Source of the DNA: an uncultured Erysipelotrichaceae bacterium
Lineage (GTDB): Bacteria > Bacillota_I > Bacilli_A > Erysipelotrichales > Erysipelotrichaceae
Assembly (NCBI GenBank): GCA_964370395.1
Contig: CAYJIZ010000004.1
Coordinates: 107,465 to 131,464, forward strand
Length of the DNA: 24,000 bases
Reading direction: 5' to 3'
The position numbers and the translations under genes were made by a program. Of the stretch, positions 8,465 through 17,261 are shown one piece after another. Numbering within the stretch: position 1 is the first letter of the stretch; each line of letters begins with the position of its first letter. The notes under the pieces are model-generated. The model worked only from the letters and a program-made list of their open reading frames with translations, ran no database searches and was not told the origin of the DNA.

Positions 8465-9260
8465 TCACAACTGTTCTAGTTGTAAAGCTGATTGTGGCGA
8501 AAGAGAAATTCAAAAATTACCTCTTCACCACATGAGTAAAGTAAAAAAGGTAATTGCAGTAATGAGTGGAAAAGGTGGAGTAGGAAAATCATCTATCACT
8601 TCATTGCTTGCTACAAGCGTTAATAAGATGGGTTACAAAACAGCGATTTTGGATGCCGATATTACTGGACCAAGTATTCCAAAAGTATTTGGTATTAGTG
8701 AAAAAGCAAAAGGAAGCGAAGAAATGATCTTCCCTGAAAAAACACGTACGGGAATCGATGTCATTTCGATTAACTTAATGTTAGAAAATGATCGTGATCC
8801 TGTTGTATGGCGTGGACCAGTGATTGCTGGTGTTGTTCATCAGTTTTGGCAAAATGTATTATGGGAAGATGTTGACTATATGTTTGTTGATATGCCTCCA
8901 GGAACAGGTGATGTTCCATTAACTGTTTTTCAATCTTTGCCTGTAGATGGTATCATCGTTGTTACTTCTCCTCAAGAGCTTGTTTCCATGATTGTTGAGA
9001 AAGCCGTAAAAATGGCGAACATGATGAACATCCCGATTTTAGGAATGGTGGAAAACTATTCTTACTTCCTTTGCCCTGACAACAATAAGAAATACGAAAT
9101 TTTCGGGGAAAGCCACATCGAGGAAATTGCACAACAATACCAAATTCCAGTAATTGCGAAATTACCGATCGATCCTGCTTTTGCGAAAGCAAGTGACAAT
9201 GGAAACATTGAAAGCTGTGATACAAGTGCCTTCGATTCGATTTTAGACTATATTAAATAA
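8448..9260 (+). CDS. Mrp/NBP35-family P-loop ATPase (iron-sulfur carrier)
   Basis: 'VMSGKGGVGKSSITSLLA', 'DADITGPSIPKVFG', 'DMPPGTGDVPLT', and Cys-rich N-terminus 'CDHNCSSCKADC'. AAAGGAG RBS. Confidence 0.93.
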   Translation: MSQNCDHNCSSCKADCGEREIQKLPLHHMSKVKKVIAVMSGKGGVGKSSITSLLATSVNKMGYKTAILDADITGPSIPKVFGISEKAKGSEEMIFPEKTRTGIDVISINLMLENDRDPVVWRGPVIAGVVHQFWQNVLWEDVDYMFVDMPPGTGDVPLTVFQSLPVDGIIVVTSPQELVSMIVEKAVKMANMMNIPILGMVENYSYFLCPDNNKKYEIFGESHIEEIAQQYQIPVIAKLPIDPAFAKASDNGNIESCDTSAFDSILDYIK

Positions 9261-9262
9261 AC

Positions 9263-9286
9263 AGACGCTACGGCGTCTTTTTTTTT
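9263..9286 (+). terminator. Intrinsic terminator after the Mrp-like gene
   Basis: AGACGC-TACG-GCGTCT followed by an eight- to nine-T run. Confidence 0.9.
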
Positions 9287-9350
9287 GAAGATATTGTACA
9301 AGCCATTTCTTTTTAAAACTGCTACAATAGTGTGTAATTGAGGTGATTTT

Positions 9351-10175
9351 ATGGAGAAAGAAAAACGTGTTATCGTATACGATGAGTTAAATATTGAAGC
9401 ATACCACTTACTTGGTTTTGTTCAACCATTCCCCCTTCATTTCCACAACTTTTTTGTGATTGGGTGTGTGGATGATGGGTTTCGTTATTTACAATGCCAA
9501 AACAAAGAATACCACTTATGTGCAAATGATATTGTTCTTTTTAATCCTAACGATACGCATACTTGTGCACAAATAAACAATTGTAGTTTGGATTATCGCG
9601 CTATTAATATTCCTATTTCTTCAATGGAACAATTCATGCTAGAATTAACAGGTAAAAAAGAGATACCCTCCTTTCAACAAACCGTGATACAAAACGATGC
9701 TGTTTTATTTTACTTGCGCTGTCTGCATAAAATGATGATGGAAGGAAATAAAGAATTTGAAAAAGAAGAATACTTATTGCTGTTGTTATCGCTATTAATT
9801 GAAAATTATGCGAGTACTACTTTTATGGAACAAACAACAAGTCGAGATGAAGTGGCAAAAGCATGCCAGTACATGCAAGACAATTATACGAAACGAATTA
9901 GTCTACAAGAAATATGTGACTATGTAGGGACTAGCAAATCCTCTTTGTTACGTTTCTTTGTGAAAGAAAAAGGACTGACTCCCTATCGCTACTTAGAAAG
10001 CATCCGTATCAACCATGCGAAAACACTATTAAAAGAAGGTGTTTCCATTATGGAAACAGCTCTACAAAGCGGCTTTTGCGACCAAAGTCATTTCACTCAT
10101 TATTTCAATAGTTTTTTAGGCTTAACCCCTGCCTCTTACCAAAAAATATTTATGGAGAACCAACATGGAAAATAA
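9351..10175 (+). CDS. AraC-family transcriptional regulator with N-terminal cupin
   Basis: Cupin-like 'FPLHFHNFFVIGCVDDGF', then AraC HTH 'RISLQEICDYVGTSKSSLLRFFVKEKGLTPYRYLESIRINHAKTLL...GFCDQSHFTHYFNSFLGLTPASYQ'. Confidence 0.92.
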   Translation: MEKEKRVIVYDELNIEAYHLLGFVQPFPLHFHNFFVIGCVDDGFRYLQCQNKEYHLCANDIVLFNPNDTHTCAQINNCSLDYRAINIPISSMEQFMLELTGKKEIPSFQQTVIQNDAVLFYLRCLHKMMMEGNKEFEKEEYLLLLLSLLIENYASTTFMEQTTSRDEVAKACQYMQDNYTKRISLQEICDYVGTSKSSLLRFFVKEKGLTPYRYLESIRINHAKTLLKEGVSIMETALQSGFCDQSHFTHYFNSFLGLTPASYQKIFMENQHGK

Positions 10176-11079
10176 AAACGGACATATCGCTGCATTACTA
10201 ACCATATTAATATGGGCAACCACATTTGTATCAACAAAGTTTCTATTAGAGGATCTGCATCCCTTAGAAATTTTAGTATTCCGCTTTGTGATCGGATTTC
10301 TTTGTTTGTGTATTGTTTATCCTAAAAAACTAAAAACGAAAGGAAGAAAAGAAGAAAAGTATTTTCTATTCGCTGGACTAACTGGTATCTGTTTTTATTA
10401 CTTATTAGAAAACATCGCATTAACGTATACAACAAGCGCAAATGTAGGTATCCTAATTTCCACAGCTCCCTTTTTTACCGCTTTGCTTTCCTTCCTTTTT
10501 TATCGCAAGCAAACAAAAATAACGGTTCCTTTCTTTGTTGGTTTTTTATTCGCCATCATTGGTATCGCATGCATCAGCCTTCAACAACACAGTCTTGAAA
10601 TCAATCCCATCGGTGATTTCTTATCTGTCCTTGCCGCTTTTGTTTGGGCCATTTATTCCTTGCTTATTAAAAAAATAAGTACCTTTCAATACAACACCAT
10701 TCAAACAACACGTCGTATTTTCTTCTATGGAATTTTGTGTATGATACCCGCCACGTTTGTCTTACCTTTTTCGTATGACATATCACCTGTTTTCCTAAAC
10801 AACAACGTATTTCATATTTTATTTTTAGGAGTCGGTGCTTCTGCCTTGTGTTTTGTTACTTGGAACTATGCATTGAAAATACTAGGTGCCATAAAAACAA
10901 GCGCATATATTTATCTAGTACCTTTGGTTACAATTATCGCTTCTTCCATCCTACTAAACGAATCCATCACTCCAACAACAATACTAGGTATGGTTTTCAT
11001 TTTATTCGGTTTATTTTTAAGTGAGAATAAACTCACATGGAAAAAAGTGATGAGCATTGTAAGAAGCAATAATCAATAA
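10165..11079 (+). CDS. EamA/DMT-family transporter
   Basis: Ten-helix-like hydrophobic protein with two EamA-like halves ('TILIWATTFVSTKFLLEDLHPLEILVFRF...', 'GDFLSVLAAFVWAIYSLLIKK'). Overlaps the end of the AraC gene. Confidence 0.9.
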   Translation: MENKNGHIAALLTILIWATTFVSTKFLLEDLHPLEILVFRFVIGFLCLCIVYPKKLKTKGRKEEKYFLFAGLTGICFYYLLENIALTYTTSANVGILISTAPFFTALLSFLFYRKQTKITVPFFVGFLFAIIGIACISLQQHSLEINPIGDFLSVLAAFVWAIYSLLIKKISTFQYNTIQTTRRIFFYGILCMIPATFVLPFSYDISPVFLNNNVFHILFLGVGASALCFVTWNYALKILGAIKTSAYIYLVPLVTIIASSILLNESITPTTILGMVFILFGLFLSENKLTWKKVMSIVRSNNQ

Positions 11080-11103
11080 GATTCCTTACTCATAAAATCA
11101 TAC

Positions 11104-11137
11104 AAAAAGACTTGTCTATTTAGACAAGTCCTTTTTT
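11104..11137. terminator. Bidirectional terminator between convergent genes
   Basis: AAAAAGACTTGTCTA-TT-TAGACAAGTCCTTTTTT between the plus-strand transporter and the minus-strand aldolase. Confidence 0.9.
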
Positions 11138-11138
11138 C

Positions 11139-12005
11139 TTAATAATAGTATTTTACTTTATCGATTGCATTAAACAAACGAATTTTTTCTTCTACCACTT
11201 TACCACAAGCTTCCATTGGTTCTGGATAGATTTCCAAAGGTTCTCTGTACCCTGGATTCGCATTTAATACTTCACGACATTTTTCATAGAACGCAACTTT
11301 AATATCACTTGAAATATTAATCTTACAGATTCCATTTTGAACTGCTGCTTTAATTTCATCATCTTTATTTGATGAACCACCATGTAATACTAATGGTACA
11401 TTTACTTCTTTTGTGATTTCATTTAAGATATCAATTCTTAATTCTGGTTTCATATCTTTTGGATAGATTCCATGTGCTGTTCCAATTGCAACCGCAAAGG
11501 TATCGATTCCCGTATCATCAATGAATTTTTTTGCTTCTTCAGGTTTGGTATAGATGACACCTTCTGTTCCACCTTCAATTGAGTTACCTGTTGTTCCAAT
11601 TGTTCCTAATTCTGATTCTACTGATACATTTACTAAATGTGCTGTTTCTACTACTTTTTTAGTAATCGCTACATTGTCTTCATATGGTAGTGTTGATGCA
11701 TCAATCATAACAGATGTCATTCCTGCGCGAATCGCACGTACACAAGTTTCATATGTGTTCCCATGATCCAAGTGAATACATACTGGCACTTCTGTTTGTG
11801 CTGCTTCATAAATCATCGCTTGTACTTGTGCGTCCCCAACAAAATCAAATTCATCTGGACTCATTTCCAAAATAACTGGTGAATTTAATTCTTTCACCTT
11901 TTTCATTACTACTTTTAATAATTGGTCTGATCCAATATTAAACGCTGGGATTGCAAAGTGATGTTTTTGCGCAACCGCCAATAAATCCTTCATATTCATT
12001 AACAT
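11139..12005 (-). CDS. Class II ketose-bisphosphate aldolase (paralogue 1)
   Basis: 'VCIHLDHGNTYETCVRAIRAGMTSVMIDAS', 'AVAIGTAHGIYP' and 'PLVLHGGSS'. Confidence 0.9.
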   Translation of the reverse strand: MLMNMKDLLAVAQKHHFAIPAFNIGSDQLLKVVMKKVKELNSPVILEMSPDEFDFVGDAQVQAMIYEAAQTEVPVCIHLDHGNTYETCVRAIRAGMTSVMIDASTLPYEDNVAITKKVVETAHLVNVSVESELGTIGTTGNSIEGGTEGVIYTKPEEAKKFIDDTGIDTFAVAIGTAHGIYPKDMKPELRIDILNEITKEVNVPLVLHGGSSNKDDEIKAAVQNGICKINISSDIKVAFYEKCREVLNANPGYREPLEIYPEPMEACGKVVEEKIRLFNAIDKVKYYY

Positions 12006-12032
12006 AATAACTTACCTCTCTTTTCTCTCTCT

Positions 12033-12887
12033 CTATCTTGATTTGCCGTTAGATTTCGACAACTTTATGTAATGTTTCACAATCGCTTTACTATCTTTTT
12101 CTACTTGGTGCATCATGACCCAAAAGTTAATATCAGGATTGTCCTTCAGTTGTCGTTTAATACTATTTGTGTTGGCATTCATAAAGTCACACCCCACGTT
12201 GATTTTATTAATACCAAATTCCACACATTTCTTTATATTGTCATCCCCAGAACCAGAACCACCATGTAATACTAGTGGCATCTTCGTTTTTTGCTTTATT
12301 GCTTGTAATCGTTCAAAATCAAATTCTGGAACATATCCTTCTGGATAGTTACCATGTGATGTTCCAATTGATATCGCAAGGGCATCAATGCCACTCTCTT
12401 TCGCAAAACGCAGTGCTTCTTGAGGATCTGTTTTCATCGTTTCACTTGTATAGTTTTGGCCTTCGCTTCCACCCATACATCCGATTTCCCCTTCTACACT
12501 CGCTCCATATGCTTGCGCAAATGTCACTATTTCTTTCGTCATTTTAATATTGCCTTCTAAGTCAAAGCGCGAAGCGTCTACCATAACACTAGAGTATCCA
12601 TCTTGTAACGCTTTTTTAATCAGACCTACTTCTTCTCCATGATCGAAGTTCAATGCAACCTCTACACTTGCACGTTGTGCTAACATCTTTACAATTGGTG
12701 CTATTAATTCACTATCACAGTGATTCACCATATGCTCTTGTACGATATTCACAATAATTGGTGCTCTTTCTTCTTCTGCAGCTTGAATGACGGCTCTTGC
12801 CGTTTCAATATTGAAACAATTGATTGCCATTACTGCATAATTACCCTCGTTGGCACGCTTTAACATATCTTTCATTGAAACATACAT
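12033..12887 (-). CDS. Class II ketose-bisphosphate aldolase (paralogue 2)
   Basis: 'VALNFDHGEEVGLIKKALQDGYSSVMVDAS', 'ALAISIGTSHGNYP' and 'PLVLHGGSGSGDDNIKKCVEFGINKINV'. AGGGGATC upstream. Confidence 0.9.
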   Translation of the reverse strand: MYVSMKDMLKRANEGNYAVMAINCFNIETARAVIQAAEEERAPIIVNIVQEHMVNHCDSELIAPIVKMLAQRASVEVALNFDHGEEVGLIKKALQDGYSSVMVDASRFDLEGNIKMTKEIVTFAQAYGASVEGEIGCMGGSEGQNYTSETMKTDPQEALRFAKESGIDALAISIGTSHGNYPEGYVPEFDFERLQAIKQKTKMPLVLHGGSGSGDDNIKKCVEFGINKINVGCDFMNANTNSIKRQLKDNPDINFWVMMHQVEKDSKAIVKHYIKLSKSNGKSR

Positions 12888-12904
12888 GTTATGATCCCCC
12901 TATT

Positions 12905-13993
12905 TTATTGAAACGAAATTCCTGACAAGTCCATTTCTTCTTCTACTTCTTCTACTTCTACTTCATCTGCTTGTGTTTTCTTTTTCTTAATTAACACTAA
13001 CATAATACCTGTTACTGCTGTTCCCGCTAATAATGCCACAACTGCCATAACTGGTTGACTCATTGCTGGAATAACGAATACTCCACCAGATGGAACTCTA
13101 CTTCCTACACCGAATGCGAAACTAATTGCCCCTGTTACTCCACATCCTGTAGCAGTACAGCTTACTGTACGTAGTAAGTCATTCATCGCAATTGGGATAA
13201 CCCCTTCAGAAATCATACATAATCCCATTGGGAATGCTACTTTAATATTTTCTACCTCAGTTGAAGTATAAATTTTCTTTTTCATGAATTTTGATAATAC
13301 TAATGAGAATGTAATTCCTAATGGTGGAACCATTGCTGCTAATACTTTGATTGCTTCTGGTCCATAAATTCCTTCTAACAATAAACCATCACAAATTAAG
13401 TTTGGAACTTTACTAATTGGTCCCCCAAAGTCAATACAACCTAATGCTCCAATAATAAATCCATATACTACTTTAGAAGATTGATCCAATCCAACAATAA
13501 AGTTTGTTAATCCATCAGTAATCCATAAAATTGGTGTTCCAATTACGAAGAACATCAATAGTCCCCCTAAAATTGCAGATAATGTTGGAATAATCATCAT
13601 TGGCATCAAAGCCTCTGCCCAACGTGGCACTTTCAAGTGTTTACGAATAAATAATGCGATATACCCTACGATATACCCTCCAATCATTCCTCCTAAAAAT
13701 CCTGCTCCTAGAAATGATGCGATTTGCCCCATTAAGAACCCTGGTGCAATCCCTGGACGATCCGCAATCGAGTAAGAGATATACCCTGCGATGAATGATG
13801 GTAATAACCCCATTCCGAATACCCCAAGTGTTGTTAATGCACTTGGAATAGTAATGTCATCTAGTGAAGTTACGACTTCACCACCCATTAGATTCCCAAT
13901 GGCGATCAATAACCCTGCTGCAACTACTAATGGTAGCATGTAAGAAATCGCAGTCAGAGCATGGCGTTTTAATTCTGCCCCTATGTTTTTCAT
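12905..13993 (-). CDS. PTS fructose-type transporter subunit IIC
   Basis: 'HALTAISYMLPLVVAAGLLIAIGNLMGG', 'GFLGGMIGGYIVGY' and 'CISEGVIPIAMNDLLRT', typical of EIIC-fru. Confidence 0.9.
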   Translation of the reverse strand: MKNIGAELKRHALTAISYMLPLVVAAGLLIAIGNLMGGEVVTSLDDITIPSALTTLGVFGMGLLPSFIAGYISYSIADRPGIAPGFLMGQIASFLGAGFLGGMIGGYIVGYIALFIRKHLKVPRWAEALMPMMIIPTLSAILGGLLMFFVIGTPILWITDGLTNFIVGLDQSSKVVYGFIIGALGCIDFGGPISKVPNLICDGLLLEGIYGPEAIKVLAAMVPPLGITFSLVLSKFMKKKIYTSTEVENIKVAFPMGLCMISEGVIPIAMNDLLRTVSCTATGCGVTGAISFAFGVGSRVPSGGVFVIPAMSQPVMAVVALLAGTAVTGIMLVLIKKKKTQADEVEVEEVEEEMDLSGISFQ

Positions 13994-14009
13994 TTTTTCT
14001 TCTCCTTTT

Positions 14010-14321
14010 CTATTTGTTTAATTCTTCTTCAATTTTTTGAATCAATTGTTTTGGTGCTTTGACACAAACATTGGTTGGCACCTTAACAATCTTTTTCCCA
14101 TCAAAACGTTCTGTTCCTGTAATCGCAATATCGATCGCAAAAATTACAACATCCGCTTCTTTAATTTGTTGTGCACTCAATTCATCTTCTGTTCCAATTG
14201 TTCCTTGGGTTTCCACATGAATCGTATGTCCTAATCCTTCTGCTGCACGAATCAATTTTTCTTTCGCAATATACGTATGTGCGATTCCTGATGTACAAGC
14301 TGCAATGGCTACAATTTTCAT
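14010..14321 (-). CDS. PTS fructose-type subunit IIB
   Basis: 'MKIVAIAACTSGIAHTYIAKEKLIRAAEGLGHTIHVETQG' contains the phospho-Cys motif. Start supported by AAAGGAGGA. Confidence 0.92.
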   Translation of the reverse strand: MKIVAIAACTSGIAHTYIAKEKLIRAAEGLGHTIHVETQGTIGTEDELSAQQIKEADVVIFAIDIAITGTERFDGKKIVKVPTNVCVKAPKQLIQKIEEELNK

Positions 14322-14356
14322 AATGCTCCTCCTTTCACTTGTTTTTATCTGTCTCA

Positions 14357-14365
14357 ATAATAGCA
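14357..14365 (-). promoter_or_regulatory. Candidate extended -10 (TGCTATTAT) of a promoter for EIIB-EIIC-aldolase genes
   Basis: Minus-strand TGC-TATTAT about 36 bp upstream of the EIIB start, with no good -35. This is consistent with an activator-dependent promoter. Confidence 0.4.
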
Positions 14366-14395
14366 TTCAAAATGAAGTTTAGCGTATTTATCAAG

Positions 14396-14511
14396 GTCTT
14401 TTTAATGCGGTACTTTTTCTTTTCAAGATTAAAATAAGGACTATTTTAATACGGTATTTTTTACCTAGCGACAAAAGTAATCCACATTTTAATGTGGTAC
14501 TTTTTCTTTTT
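14396..14511 (-). promoter_or_regulatory. Cluster of three related motifs, candidate operators for the PRD regulator
   Basis: Plus-strand copies: GTCTTTTTAATGCGGTACTTTTTC, GGACTATTTTAATACGGTATTTTTTA and CCACATTTTAATGTGGTACTTTTTC, spaced 44 and 43 bp. Confidence 0.55.
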
Positions 14512-14527
14512 GCCTAAAAATAAGCAA

Positions 14528-14549
14528 AGGGCAAGAAAATTCTTGCCCT
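14528..14549 (-). terminator. Hairpin at the end of the EIIA gene, weak terminator or mRNA 3' structure
   Basis: AGGGCAAGAA-AA-TTCTTGCCCT, a 10-bp stem. The T tract on the minus strand is interrupted (TTTGCTTATTTTT). Confidence 0.45.
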
Positions 14550-14997
14550 AACAGAATACAGAAATTAATTGTTCTACATCATTTGCTTCTAATAGCTTCT
14601 CAATCGCTTCGTCATTCCCTAATTTTCTAGCGATTTCAGCTAACAACAACATATGGTTACGTGCGTATTCATGATCATTGCTTACCGCAAATAAGAATAT
14701 CAACTTCACGCCTTTGCCATCTAGGGTTTCCCACTCAATTTCTTCGTTTAGTTTTCCAATCGCAATTCCTACTTGGCTTACACTATCACTTTTCCCATGT
14801 GGAATCGCAACATAGTTACCTATTCCTGTCATTCCTTCACTTTCACGCACATAAATATCTTGTACAAACTCATCTACATCCCCTATATAGTCTGCATCTT
14901 TCAATTTTTGCGCCAGCATCCCAATTGCTTCTTCTTTGCTTTTTGCCTTTAAATCCAAATCAATTACCCTTCTGTCTAACACATCTTTTAGTTCCAT
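14548..14997 (-). CDS. PTS fructose-type subunit IIA
   Basis: 'AKSKEEAIGMLAQKLKDADYI', 'REGMTGIGNYVAIPHGKSDSVSQVGIAI' with the phospho-His region. Confidence 0.92.
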   Translation of the reverse strand: MELKDVLDRRVIDLDLKAKSKEEAIGMLAQKLKDADYIGDVDEFVQDIYVRESEGMTGIGNYVAIPHGKSDSVSQVGIAIGKLNEEIEWETLDGKGVKLIFLFAVSNDHEYARNHMLLLAEIARKLGNDEAIEKLLEANDVEQLISVFC

Positions 14998-15013
14998 CGT
15001 TTCCTCCTCCTTA

Positions 15014-16978
15014 TTACTGAATTAAATATTTATACAAATCAATGTTACTATTCATACTCTTTAACTTTTTAATCTTCTCATCTGTTTCGATAAGTGAGAT
15101 ATATTCTTTATAAAACATTTGCACTCTTTTTATTTCATCAGGTGTTGTCATCTTAAATCCAAGTAAGAAGACAATGTCTACCTGGTCATCATTCCACATA
15201 ATAGGTTCTTCCAAAATCGCAATGGCTACTTTTGATTCCACTACTTCACTTTGCGCGCCATGTGGTAAGCTAATCCCATTTCCTATCGATGTTGTTGTCG
15301 CTTTTTCACGTTCCATCACCGAATCATAAAACTTACTCGACACATATCCTCGCATCTCCATCGCGGTAGACATAAACTTCAATAGCGTATCCTTATCTTT
15401 GCAACTTTGGTTCACAAAGATAATCTCTGGACTTAATAATGGAAAACACACTGGTGAGAATGCTGTTCCACTTTGTGCCATTCTTGAATTCATATTATCC
15501 AAATGATTACGTAATGAGATAACGCCACTTTCACTCAATAAATTCGCAATACTTACAATACGTGGATCTTTCACATTCAAATCTTGGGAAGTGACAATGA
15601 TGTCTGCTTCCTCATTTCCATATAATTTAAAGTCATGTGCACTCATCATATTGATTGTCGCGATTTCAGGAATCATCTTTTGGATTCTTCCACTCAATAG
15701 TTCAGCATGCCCACGACTTGAATCCGCTATGAGCACCATTTTATATTGGTGATTTTTTCGCTCTAATGCCGATTGAATATACAAAACGATATACCCTACT
15801 TCATCTTCTGTCAGTTGCAACCCATAATACTCTTCAAATAAGATGCTGATCGCCCACGTTGCACGATAAACATTTTTATACTCTGTCTTTATAAAATTAA
15901 TCAGTGTATTGTTTTGGGTTGTTCCATAACGGATACGAAAGATGGTAGGTCGCAAGTGAAAGATTAAACTTTCTCTCAACTTTGCATCTTCCTTTAATGC
16001 GATATTCAATATATTCCCTACCACATCCAACACCAAATCCACAAACTCTACTAACTTATTATCGTACTTCATTACTTGTGCTAGCGATTCATCGGTCGCT
16101 GATACACCAATAAACTTAGAACACATAATTTGTATTGATAAAAATAAGACATCTTCATTTGAGAATAAGATATGAAACTTATCTTGTAGCTTTTTAAAGA
16201 TTGCTACTGTGAATGGATACTCATTGTATTTTTGAAGAATATCAAATTCGGCATCTCCATCAAGCACTGGTGTCTGAATATCTTTTCGTTGGTATGCAAT
16301 GCAACAATAAATTAATATTTCATAGAAGGATTCATCCGTAAATCGATAATTCCATTCGTTTTCTGTTTCTATGATTGATTTTTGTATCATCTTAGAATCC
16401 AAATGAGAAAAGAAGTACTCTAAATTCTTTTTGATTTTTTCTACGTTACCATCCAACATAATTAAATTTTTCAAAGCAACACGATATTCATTTTCTCGAC
16501 ATTGTAGTCGAAACCCTTTGTTACGTTCATTGGTAATTGTAATTTTATAAGGTTGCAAGTAGTCTTCGCATTCTTTCAATACCTTTAATATCGTCGGTGC
16601 ACTTAAATACAAAGTATCCGATAACTTTTGGGTACTGATGGTTTCCCATGGACGCAAGCGAAACAATATTTTTAATGTTTCGTATACACGTTCTTCTTCA
16701 TCATAATTTACACCCATGGAAGAACTATTCATCAAAAAGGAAAGCAATTTCTCTTTTTGGCTTTCATCCATCTCCAACCATACTCCAACTCTTGGTTTTT
16801 TATTGATGCAACCTAATTGGTTTTCTTGTAGGTAGTCATTAATGTTCGCAATCTTATTACGTACAGATTTTTCTGACAACCCTACTTGATCTGCAATGAA
16901 CTGTGTGGAAACAACTTTTCCATCCATTAAGCAATTTAATATTTCTTTGTTGTAGTAACTCTCTTTCGCACTTTTCAT
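15014..16978 (-). CDS. BglG-family/LicR-MtlR-type PRD-containing transcriptional regulator with C-terminal EIIB-like and EIIA domains
   Basis: N-terminal HTH 'VSTQFIADQVGLSEKSVRNKIANINDYL', PRD-like centre, and C-terminal EIIA-like 'TTTSIGNGISLPHGAQSEVV'. Confidence 0.9.
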   Translation of the reverse strand: MKSAKESYYNKEILNCLMDGKVVSTQFIADQVGLSEKSVRNKIANINDYLQENQLGCINKKPRVGVWLEMDESQKEKLLSFLMNSSSMGVNYDEEERVYETLKILFRLRPWETISTQKLSDTLYLSAPTILKVLKECEDYLQPYKITITNERNKGFRLQCRENEYRVALKNLIMLDGNVEKIKKNLEYFFSHLDSKMIQKSIIETENEWNYRFTDESFYEILIYCCIAYQRKDIQTPVLDGDAEFDILQKYNEYPFTVAIFKKLQDKFHILFSNEDVLFLSIQIMCSKFIGVSATDESLAQVMKYDNKLVEFVDLVLDVVGNILNIALKEDAKLRESLIFHLRPTIFRIRYGTTQNNTLINFIKTEYKNVYRATWAISILFEEYYGLQLTEDEVGYIVLYIQSALERKNHQYKMVLIADSSRGHAELLSGRIQKMIPEIATINMMSAHDFKLYGNEEADIIVTSQDLNVKDPRIVSIANLLSESGVISLRNHLDNMNSRMAQSGTAFSPVCFPLLSPEIIFVNQSCKDKDTLLKFMSTAMEMRGYVSSKFYDSVMEREKATTTSIGNGISLPHGAQSEVVESKVAIAILEEPIMWNDDQVDIVFLLGFKMTTPDEIKRVQMFYKEYISLIETDEKIKKLKSMNSNIDLYKYLIQ

Positions 16979-17050
16979 CTTATCACCTCCAAACCAAGTT
17001 TTTAGCCACCTTTAACGTACCATGATTCAAATCTTCCTGTAAAAAAAGGA

Positions 17051-17078
17051 AGGGCATTTTAATGTGGTAACTTTCCCT
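17051..17078 (-). promoter_or_regulatory. Further copy of the putative operator motif upstream of the regulator gene
   Basis: Plus-strand AGGGCATTTTAATGTGGTAACTTTCCC shares ATTTTAATGTGGTA with copy 3 at 14486-14499. A weaker copy (TTTTTCAATGTGGAACTTTTTCC) lies near 17177-17199. Confidence 0.45.
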
Positions 17079-17202
17079 TGGTTGTTTTTCTTATTTTTCA
17101 ATTATTTCCATTATCCCTAAGTAACAACACAAAAACAATACACAATTATCACTTTCTTAAAATAAAAATCTTTCCTTTTTCAATGTGGAACTTTTTCCAT
17201 CA

Positions 17203-17240
17203 AAAAAGATTAACTTTTGTCATTCACAAAAATTAATCTT
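17203..17240 (-). terminator. Minus-strand intrinsic terminator downstream of the SIS-domain gene
   Basis: Minus strand GATTAATTTTTGTGAATGACAAAAGTTAATCTTTTTT: long stem with one mismatch and a T run. Coordinates accurate to about 1-2 nt. Confidence 0.7.
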
Positions 17241-17261
17241 CTTATCTTTTTATTATGCAAA

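Noticed and set aside
11139-12887. Two adjacent aldolases as a recent tandem duplication
   Set aside because: The proteins are strongly diverged in sequence, so they are old paralogues rather than a local recent duplication.
14661-15020. 119-aa plus-strand ORF
   Set aside because: Antisense to the well-supported EIIA gene, with His/Ser/Leu-rich shadow composition.
16979-17261. Small gene in the gap between the PRD regulator and the SIS gene
   Set aside because: The listed 17217-17471 ORF starts with TTG and mostly overlaps the SIS gene antisense. The gap is better explained by operator motifs and a terminator.
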